This document shows, in pieces, positions 53,560 to 64,000 of a stretch of 64,000 bases of DNA (position 1 is its first letter; every line of letters starts with the position of its first letter). The stretch lies in NCBI GenBank assembly GCA_951406725.2, contig OX597824.1:77748001-77812000 (forward strand), written 5' to 3'. The notes beneath the pieces were generated by a model, which made no database searches, had not been told where the DNA came from, and saw nothing but the letters and a program-made list of their open reading frames with translations. This DNA comes from Octopus vulgaris. Lineage: Eukaryota. Made by a program: the position numbers and the translations under genes.

Positions 53560-53689
53560 CCTTTCTTATAAAGGCACAAGGCCTGAAAATTTGGTAGAGA
53601 GGAAAGACGATTACGTAGAACCCCCATGTTTACTGATACTCAAATTCATCGAATCCGAAAGGTTGAACGGCAAAGTCGACCTCGGTGGA

Positions 53690-53900
53690 ATTGGTACAAT
53701 TGGCACAACAACCAAAAGGCTAAAAGCGAATGGAATCGAAACGCACATTGTAGACCTGCATAAAAGTACCATAGCATATAATGCAAGAATGCTAAGTAAG
53801 GTTCTTGAGGTTTGAGGAGACTTGTTGTAAACCAGCTTCAAGATAAAAATCCCTGCTAATGAAATTAGCATGGGCTACATTAATAAGAACACTAACAACA
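53690..53900 (+). mobile_element. degraded 3' end of a third RLE-type non-LTR element
   Basis: Encodes GTI...IVDLHKSTIAYNARMLSKVLEV*. Confidence 0.5.
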
Positions 53901-53917
53901 ACATTATAATGATAATA

Positions 53918-54345
53918 GGCGCAGGAGTGGCTTTGTGGTAAGTATAGGCGCAGGAGTGGCTGTGTGGTAAGTAGCTTGCTAACCAACTACATGGTTCCGA
54001 GTTCAGTCCCACTGCGTGGCATCTTGGGCAAGTGTCTTCTGCTATAGCCCCGGGCCGACCAATGCCTTGTGAGTGGATTTGGTAGACGGAAACTGAAAGA
54101 AGCCTGTCGTATATATGTATGTATATATATATATGTGTGTGTGTTTGTGTGTCTGTGTTTCTCCCCCTAGCATTGCTTCACAACCGATGCTGGTGTGTTT
54201 CCGTCCCCGTCACTTAGCGGTTCGGCAATAGAGACCGATAGAATAAGTACTGGGCTTACAAAGAACAAGTCCTGGGGTCGATTTGCTCGACTAAAGGCGG
54301 TGCTCCAGCATGGCCGCAGTCAAATGACTGAAACAAGTAAAAGAG
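53918..54345 (+). mobile_element. SINE family A, full length with duplicated first ~27 bp
   Basis: GGCGCAGGAGTGGCT(T/G)TGTGGTAAGTA occurs at 53918 and 53947. Confidence 0.92.
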
Positions 54346-56468
54346 TAAAGAGTATAATATTTTCTATTGTAGACACAAGACCTGAAATTTTGGGAGGAGA
54401 TAGTAAGTCGATTATATTGACCAGACTGCTTCCACTGGCACCAATTTGATCAACCTGAAAATGAATGAAATACAAAGTCGAACTCGGCAACTTTTGAACG
54501 GAGAATGTAAAAATGGACGAAAATGCCGCTAGACGTTGTTTTGTCTAGCATGGTAAAGTTTCTGCCAGTTCAGCGCCTTAACAAGGGTAATAACCACAGC
54601 AATATCTGCAACAACAACAACGACAACAACAATAGTAATAATATGAAGAAAAGGAAGAAAAGAAGATGAACAAAAACAAGAACAAAGACCGGAATGATGA
54701 TGATGATGATCATGATCATGATTATAAAGAGAAGAAAGAACGAACGAAAGAAAGACAGAAAGAGGTGGTAAAAAAGTATGAAATGTCCAGGAACCCTTCT
54801 TAACGCTGTGTTAGTTAAAATGTGTGGAAACAGATAATTCTTGTGATTAAGTTGATTATTTCGTTCATTCAAATAGGGTGAAAGGAAAAAAGAATGAAGA
54901 AAGCAGGAAAGCAAAATTCAGTGAAAGAGAATTATTAGAGTTATATGCTGATGTACATTCGGTTCTTAACCCTATTGCCTTTGTCACACACGTACATATA
55001 CACATAGCGTATCACACCTTTACAGATATATACTTGTGCACACACATACACATAACACTGCTCGATGTTTCTTTACTGACACCTTGCTTTTTTTTCGTCC
55101 TCTAAGATCTGCAGGAACAGTTCAAAGAAATACAACCGAATTATACATCAAAAATAGCCAAACCTGATAAAAGACAGTGACAACTTCAAACACAATACAC
55201 CCACAAAACATTGCAACAAATATACAACAGGTTCAATAAAGTAAACAAATAAATAATAAAAATGAAATAAAGGAACAAGAGAAAGAAAAAAATGTCAAAC
55301 TTGTGTTGCACATAAACCAGAAAATAAACAATCAGATACGATGCATTGTAATTTGGTTAACTGAAGCCTGTCAAATCAAAAACCGCCATACACTGATAAA
55401 AAACGCAGAGTATGAAAAAAGTAATCTCGAATCGCCTACACAGTGTAATAGTTTTTACAATCTATTTTTCATCGGTTAGCATGTGATCTTGTCTAATGTT
55501 TCTTCAACGACAAGATAGCATTAAATATAGACAGTAGCATAAAACCAAGATGCAGAAACACCTACACGCAATATATATATACTCTAACTATACATCGTTA
55601 TGAGACCTGTTCGGTTTTACATTTATCAAAAATGACCGGTTTTTTTTTACCTGGCAAACCGTAATTTTGGATATTTTCATCGGTGAATACGATGCATTTT
55701 TTCCTCAGGCATGCAAAATTTCTGAGGTTTTATAAAACTAAAGAATTTCCCATGGTGTATCAAGGTTAAATTTTCTGAATTTGAAAATGATCAAATATTT
55801 TTTAAAAATTTGTATCCAATTTTGTGGCTGGTATTTTATGGGCATATATATGATGGTGATACCTGAATTTGAATTAGATCACTGTTAAACCTATTTAAAC
55901 TTAGATATTTGAATTATTATTATTTTTATCATGCTTGCTCGATGCACCATGGGTCTCGCAAACAATTTCAATGTACATGTTAATGTACTAATGATCGTAG
56001 GAATTCAAGTGAGCTTTGTTTATCTAATATCTTCAGTTATAAAACAGAACTATCCGTTTTGTTGGCATAAGCCCTGGTCGCGAATTTTTTTCCCCACGAG
56101 AGTTTCGCACTCCAGTTATGAACTCTTTTGGATACAGCCAATCAGAGCTTAACTATCAAACTAGTGTCCATCGTGTCACGAATATACTGTGGTTGAGTTG
56201 AGTGGAAAATGTGAGTTATAGCAAAATCTAACTGTTCTAAACGGTTTAATAGGGGTGACAAATGTGAAATTTAATGCTTAAAATGAATGGAGAACTGCTC
56301 ACCGATGATGCCATAAGTTTTGCCAATTTGTGTAATTTACTAGAAACTGTAAATGAGTGTTGTTTCTTAATTTTTTGACTGATTTTGTACATTCCTAATT
56401 TAAAATGTTGGTGTTGATCTGGAAACATCGTAATCAATATGGCTTTGTGTCGTATTGTGCTTTCCTCA

Positions 56469-56515
<47 letters not shown>

Positions 56516-57002
56516 ATGAGTACACACGGTATCACTAATCTCAGTCTTAGCATAGGTACCTAATGTTAGCTCCATATATGAGGTTGGTGGGGGGTATGTG
56601 GTGCTTATGTGAGACCAGCTATGCTGTACTCACAAGGTGGCATACACCATTCTATGCCCGACTAGCTGTATTTTAGTAGTACAGGGTATGTGGATTTTCA
56701 AGGTGAACTCTGATGGCTGTATGCAAATGAGTTCATTACTTGGGTCCAGAATTCTCGTGGGAAACATTTCGCCCCTGGTACATTTGAAGAAATTTGAAAC
56801 CGAAAAATTTGCATAATACTTTTTTTAAAACAAAAGAAAAGAGCAATATCATTTTCCTTTCTTTTATATCATGGGCCTAATATAAATTAGCGTTAACGAA
56901 TTCGATTAGTGTGCCTAGGTTTCGCTTAAAAACATTAGCCAGTTATTTGGTTTCATGGATGTTTTTCTCTTCAAATCTCAACTGTCTTCAGTTTATATAT
57001 CA

Positions 57003-57395
57003 CTAGCAGTATCGCCCGGCTTTGCTCGGGTTTGTAAGGGAAATAACTATATAAGCATTTTTAGAGATGTAAAGTATAATAGCCATCTCAATATGGCTAA
57101 CCACAAAGGGGAGTGTTACTGTAGCTTTTTACGTTCTGAGATTTAATAATACATTTTTAGAGAGTTACTTCCCTTATATATGCCAAAAATGCATTAAAAA
57201 TGGGAAAAATTGATGGTAAATTTTTTTTAAATCGTAGACTCATCGTAGACGCGCGCTAATACCCAGAAGGGCTCGATGTGAATCACGACTATAAGATACC
57301 TGGTTTTGGTTAAACTGCACCGCAAAATGTGGGAGTAGTTAGGAATCTAAATCGCAGGAGACAGACAGCACACAACCTCTCTTTTATATATAAAT
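57003..57395 (-). mobile_element. non-autonomous Helitron (copy 4) with a third internal variant
   Basis: CTAG-hairpin end at 57003; unique segment at about 57066-57150. Confidence 0.88.
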
Positions 57396-57788
57396 ATTTC
57401 ATCATTACGACATACAAATATTCTTATATCAGCCTTTGTTTTTAAAGAAATGCCTTCTTAAGGTTTACCAAGTAAAGAAACATAAACAAGTTACCTACCT
57501 TGTTTAGTATGCCCAAGGCCACGAGTAGGAAAAATTGGTAGAGCATCAAAACGAAAACAAAAAATGCTTTGTGGTGCTATTTGTGTCGACTCTTTACAAA
57601 CTGACTTCTAATCCTACTGTGGTTAACTCGGTCTTTTATCCATTTAGTGTCGATAAAATAAAATAATAGTCAAGTACCGAGGTCGGTACTTGACTATTAT
57701 TTAGGTTTTGTGACTAAATTAAACAACAATATATATTCATTCTTACCGTTATTGTATGAATGGGATATAGATATATTCCAAATATTTA

Positions 57789-58209
57789 TTGGGTTGGTGC
57801 ATAATTATTGCGGCTTTTTTTTTTCAACAAATGTCATTCAACAAAAACAATAACAGACCGTTTGCCAAGCAAATAGGAAGCAGTAATTGAAGTAGATGGT
57901 GAATATGCTCCGGAATAATCATTAACCAGTCGCCAACACTTTTTTCTGCAAAATAGGGGTAGCTTATCCTCTTCAGGCTATATTATTAGCATTATCCTGT
58001 TCAGGCTATATTATCAGCATTATCCTGCGTTTGAGAATTTAAAATCACTTCTTTAAAAGTCTAAGACATATCAACGCTTCTAAAGCAAACTTCGTTTGTT
58101 TGTTTACGTTCATCGTAATTTGAATTTATAGATGTTTTTGTTACATGTTACTGATTTTGTTGAATATAATTTGTTAAAAAAAAGCCGCAATAATTATGCA
58201 CCAACCCAA
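57789..58209. mobile_element. mariner-derived MITE / deletion derivative
   Basis: Perfect TIR TTGGGTTGGTGCATAATTATTGCGGCTTTTTTT with TA flanks; the internal remnant EAVIEVDGEYAPE* resembles a mariner C-terminus. Confidence 0.93.
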
Positions 58210-58691
58210 TACATAAAAGGATTTTTTAAACGTATTTCCTTTCATAGGAGACATCCGTTCTTTTCCAGACTTAGTATCCAACCGATTCTTCTCCATCATT
58301 CTACTTTTCTTTTATGATTATTTCTGTTTCTCTTTTCTTCTAAGTCAACCATTATTTATCTCCCAGCATTGCAACGCACTCATAAAACATTTCTCAGTTC
58401 TCCGACACAGTCTACAATTATTTGCATTTGAAGATGATTGCTTAGAAGAATGAACTACAATGGATTTTTGTCTAACATTCTAGGCAACGTAGAACACGCA
58501 AGTCTGGCTGTAAAACGGGCGTTTGCTAAAGAGGCGCCAAAAGCGTAGTTTCTTGGTCTCTAACACACGTTCATTCCCTACTCGCAAATCTTAAACACGC
58601 AAAAAACAAATATATATATTCAGTAAATATATGTATGGATTCATATATATGTGCGTGTGCGGATTTGTATGTGTATGTACGTGTACGTATG

Positions 58692-58742
<51 letters not shown>

Positions 58743-59067
58743 ATATATATATATATACATACATATATATATATATATGTATATATATACATACATACAT
58801 ATATACGCAATGTTAATGTGCTGTATATATATGCATACATACGCATTATATTGTGTGTATGTTGATAGGTATACACTTGTGGTTTGCGTCTGAGAGAAAA
58901 CCTCATTATACACATGTTCTGCTAAAAGCATGATATATAACGCAACGTCTTGATCATCCTCGCTGCAGCGACACACGGGAACGCCAATCGTGTTTCGTTA
59001 TTCTTGGGGATTGTCAATAACGTGTCTCGGCAAAATCTGGAACCCTCCGATATTTAACAAACATATA

Positions 59068-59229
59068 GGCGCAGGAGTGGCTGTGTGGTAAGTAGCTTGC
59101 TAACCAACCACATGGTTCCGGGTTCAGTCCCACTGCGTGGCATCTTGGGCAAGTGTCTTCTGCTATAGCCTCGGGCCGACCAATGCCTTGTGAGTGGATT
59201 TGGTAGACAGAAACTGAAAGAAGCCTGTC

Positions 59230-59279
<50 letters not shown>

Positions 59280-59470
59280 ATGTGTTTGTCCCCCTAGCAT
59301 TGCTTGACAACCGATGCTGGTGTGTTTACGTCCCCGTCACTTAGCGGTTCGGCAAAAGAGACCGATAGAATAAGTACTGGGCTTACAAAGAATAAGTCCC
59401 GGGGTCGATTTGCTCGACTAAAGGCGGTGCTCCAGCATGGCCGCAGTCAAATGACTGAAACAAGTAAAAA
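59068..59470 (+). mobile_element. SINE family A, young full-length copy
   Basis: Close to the family consensus. Confidence 0.93.
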
Positions 59471-59803
59471 AAAAAAAAAAAAGAATATACAAATACATAT
59501 GTACGCACGCGCATATATATATGTGTGTGTGTGTAGGACTCAATCAGAACGATGTATGAGTGTGTAGCTGTTCTCGTCCTAGATTTTTAAACAAGGCCAT
59601 TATAATTGACATTTGCGCAATAGCATAACGCCACATGCAGCGGGATCGATCTTGGGACATCAGGATCTTAAAGCTTTAGTCATGAACATTTGGCAGTCCT
59701 ACAGACGCACACGTACGCACATGCGAACTCACATATATATGTTTGTTTTTTGGGGTTTTTTTTCGTAAACTCTCCCTATATATATATATATATTTTTTTT
59801 TTT

Positions 59804-60002
59804 TTACTTGTTTCAGTCATTTGACTGCGGCCATGCTGGAGCACCGCCTTTTTTTAGTCGAGCAAATCGACCCCGTGACTTATTCTTTGTAAGCCCAGTA
59901 CTTATTCTATCGGTCTCTTTTGCCGAACCGCTAAGTGACGGGGACGTAAACACACCAGCATCGGTTGTCAAGCAATGCTAGGGGGACAAACACAGACACA
60001 CA

Positions 60003-60043
<41 letters not shown>

Positions 60044-60214
60044 CATATATACGACAGGCTTCTTTCAGTTTCCGTCTACCAAATCCACTCACAAGGCATT
60101 GGTCGGCCCGGGGCTATAGCAGAAGACACTTGCCCAAGATGCCACGCAGTGGGACTGAACCCGGAACCATGTGGTTGGTTAGCAAGCTACTTACCACACA
60201 GCCACTCCTGCGCC
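59804..60214 (-). mobile_element. SINE family A, young full-length copy inverted relative to 59068
   Basis: Near-identical reverse complement of 59068-59470. Confidence 0.93.
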
Positions 60215-60633
60215 TATGTATGTATTATGTATGTATGCATAAGTATGTGTATCCTTACATTAACTCATTAACGTACGCAATAATCAATGAAATTCGTTTG
60301 ATCCAAAGAGGTTCTGTTGCTTTACTAGTGTCTGACATGAATTCTCAGAAGAATTTAAGCAAATCTAAGCAAAATATCACAGAAGATCAACAAAATTTTC
60401 TATGATTTCAAGGGAAAATATAGTAAAAGATGATGAACAGAACAACACTGCGTTTGAGTTGTCTGTGCGCGCGCGCCTGTGCTTTTGTGTGTGTGTGTGT
60501 GTGACTGTGTGCATACGTGTGTGTGTGTGTTTGTGTATCTTTTTTCTTTAAATCTTTTCTGCTTAGCATTGTGAATGACCAGTATTGTAAGGGCGGATGC
60601 TTGTCGATCAAAATAGTTATTAATTCAACATAA

Positions 60634-61018
60634 GTGGAGGCGCAATGGCCCAGTAGTTAGGGCAGCAGACTCGACGTCATAGGATCGTGGTTTCGATTCC
60701 CAGACCGGGTGTTGTGAGTGTTTATTGAGCAAAAACACCTAAAGCTCCACGAGGCTCCGGCAGGGGATCGTGGTGATCCCTGCTGTACTCTTTCACCACA
60801 ACTTTATCTCACTCTTACTTCCTGTTTCTGTTGTACCTGTATTTCAAAGGGCCGGCCTTGTCACTCTCTGTGTCACGCTGAATATCCCCGAGAACTACGT
60901 TAAGGGTACACGTGTCTGTGAAGTGCTCAGCCACTAACACGTTAATTTCACGAGCAGGCTGTTCCGTTGATTCGGATCAACCAGAACCCTCGTCGTCGTA
61001 ACCGACGGAGTGCTTCCA
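60634..61018 (+). mobile_element. SINE family C, full length with TSD
   Basis: TSD AATTCAACATAA at 60622-60633 and 61022-61033. Confidence 0.95.
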
Positions 61019-61685
61019 TCCAATTCAACATAACACTAGCGATGCTATATTTGAACGCATCATCAATTTTGCATCCTGAAGTTTTTGGCTGTTTCGTATC
61101 TTACAACATGTCCCATCAATCAGTAGACCCATTCTAGGTTGATTAATCCTAGCTCAGTGTCCTAGCAGCATTCAATTGATTAACCAATGATCTCTCCATT
61201 TTTTCAGCCAGAGTTATCAAGATGCTTCCTAAACAACCTCTATATTGTTCTTAATGGCTCTTTTTCTGTTCATACTTACAAAGCCCATAGCCAGGGATAT
61301 AAAAACCTCCTTACTCAGAGTAGAACATTCATTAGCAAATGCCCCATTCTCCACTCAAATTTGCAGCAGTCTTTCACTGTTTTCTGGTAATTAGATTTCA
61401 TCTCTTGCGCCTCCACTATCCTTTCCTACCAGGACACAATTAATCCTATATGAAGACAAAGACAAGGAAGTCCAGTTACAATTACATTATTAATCCTGTA
61501 CATTATTGCGGTGACCTCATAAAAATATATAGCAGTCAAATTTTCTTCATATATAGTATAGCCATTTTAAAGAAGCGACACTAGATCAAGTAATGATCTA
61601 TAAAATTGGTTTAAATAGGAACACGATTAAGAAAACTAAGACAGCTGCGATCATTACTCTTTCTGATTAGGCATAATTTGGGGAC

Positions 61686-62030
61686 AAACAACAGCAAGAA
61701 TGGGAGAAAGGCATCGCAAGGGAGATGCATAACTTGCGCACATACAAGGATAAAATAAAATTCAATTTAATAATCTCAGACGAATTCAACAAAATGAAAT
61801 CAAGAGTTAATTTGTCTGCTTATCGTTTTTGCATATGTAACAAAGAAATAACACACTTTCGGTCATCCATCCGCCAAAATTTAATGTGTTCCAGCGACTC
61901 ACCCGACGAGTATTTCTGCCAAATTTGGTGAAAATCTGTTTAGGCGTTTTCCAGTAATTTTGCAAACACACAGATAAACAGATTAAGACAGGCGACTACA
62001 ATATTCTGCTTTCGCTTATGCCAAACTAAA
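61686..62030 (+). mobile_element. possible degraded Helentron/DINE-like non-autonomous element
   Basis: CCAAATTTGGTGAAAATC followed by ACAGA-like microrepeats and a short terminal segment. This rests on pattern resemblance only. Confidence 0.3.
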
Positions 62031-62921
62031 TAAAACACAAGAACACAAACAAGTACGTATGTCTGTATATAGTTAACTTATCACAAGTTCTAGCACTTGC
62101 TCTGGCGTGGTAGTTTGTGTTCCTTAATGAACCTCAGACCAATGCCAGCGGAGCGCAAGCTTCTTGTAGGCCCTCTTATTATGAACAAGTCAAAGGATAG
62201 CAGCCAGATTGATATGGACTATTTACTTTCAGTTGTAAAAAAGGGTTTGAATAGCGACAAGGACCTGCACGAAAAATGCATCGATGACTATTCGAAACCA
62301 AGACCTTGTAGAGCATGCAGAAAGGACCACCCAGAGTCGAGTCGACAGCAATAGAAAATTATTCGTCAATTATCTATGGTCCGTAAAGAGAGAAGTCTTC
62401 AGTATATTTATTTAAACACATAAAGACCTTGACCTTCAGAGGCATTACAGCTATTACAGCAATGGAAGCCGTGCTTACATACATGAAGTGTTGTGCATAT
62501 GCAAAAATAACCATCAGAATGTAGACATATAATGAGAAGTTATAATATTGGTTATGATTTGTATGTTCATTTAGAGATATTTAACTAAATAGTCAATACT
62601 TAGTTTAAGATGTTTCAATTTACTATAAAAATAAAATGGAATAAAAACAGAAAAAGGCTTCCATTGAAGATTACAGAATGGGTTTTTACTCTCTTGGGAA
62701 TCATTGAAGATTGACAACACGAGGCTACGCATTAACTGAAACATAACTTCATCCCCACATGTACACACACGTCACACACACATACACATACGCAGAGAAA
62801 CACACACACGCACAATATATGTGTACATAAATACGCATATATACATATAGATACATAAATACGTACGTATACACACATATATCTATACATGCATGTATGT
62901 ATATACATACATACACACACA

Positions 62922-62964
<43 letters not shown>

Positions 62965-63075
62965 GTACAAAGATGTAGATATATTTCATGCAGATATATG
63001 TGTCTAAATGTGTGTGTCTGTTGGGGGTGGGAGGGATGCTATATTACATAAGTGAGTGTTTATACATTATGGGAG

Positions 63076-63109
<34 letters not shown>

Positions 63110-63728
63110 TATATATATATATGTATATATATATACACAGAGAGAGATAAATGAATATATATAAATATGTATATTTATATGTGTATGTATACACACATAT
63201 CTATGTATATATATTAATATATGTATGTATATATGATGTATGTATGCATATATAAGATATAGACACGCACAATAACATATGCTATTAACTTCTCTTGAAA
63301 AACAGATCCTTGGAGAACTGCTGGCTATAGGCTTTCATCATGTAACTTCGGAAGAAGTGAGCGTTTACTTGTATAAGGAATACACAAATATAAGCACCCA
63401 CCCCACACATACACACAGACACACATTTACATAGTTTACGTTCATCTGATATCTGCACTGTATAAGTATATATGCATATACAATACATATATTTAAATCA
63501 TATAGACATACACACAGACATATACACACATACAGACATAAATTCTCTCACAAACAAATTAATCATCGTGTATAGGATTCTGTATGTATATATTTCAGAG
63601 TGTGTGTGCGTATGTATGTGTGTGTGTGTGTGTGTGTGCACGGGCGCGTTTGTTATATTGACATACATACACATACGCATATATTTATATATATCTATAT
63701 ATAATGTGTGTGTGTATTTATATTATAG

Positions 63729-63768
<40 letters not shown>

Positions 63769-63888
63769 AATATAATACATTAATATGTGATGTATATATA
63801 TATGTATACAACTTCCTTACCAATCATTTATAATAAATATACATATATACATATGTATATATATATATAATATACATATATATATATG

Positions 63889-63965
<77 letters not shown>

Positions 63966-64000
63966 TGTATGTATATATATGTATAGATATGTATGTGCAT

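Overview
This is a very AT-rich eukaryotic intergenic or intronic window saturated with microsatellites ((TA)n, (CA)n, (TATC)n, (TAA)n, (TACA)n). The SINE repertoire looks like that of an octopus or other coleoid cephalopod; this is inference, not a database result. No intact host gene can be supported, and most listed ORFs are microsatellite artefacts. Transposon content: at least four tRNA-derived SINE families; a full-length IR/DR-type Tc1 (DD34E); a decayed maT (DD37D); mariner and Tc1 deletion derivatives; four non-autonomous Helitron copies, two of them head-to-tail; a Tx1-like LINE inserted in (TATC)n; R4/Dong-like elements in (TAA)n; CR1/L2-group remnants; and a Penelope GIY-YIG remnant. 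The most notable hidden layer is a set of about eight minimal type-I hammerhead-ribozyme-like motifs. Several lie inside short fold-back elements anchored in (TA)n, the best at 17808-17906 within a 34-bp perfect inverted repeat. One SINE family also shares its 3' tail with the Tx1-like LINE and forms tandem multimers with an identical junction at three loci.
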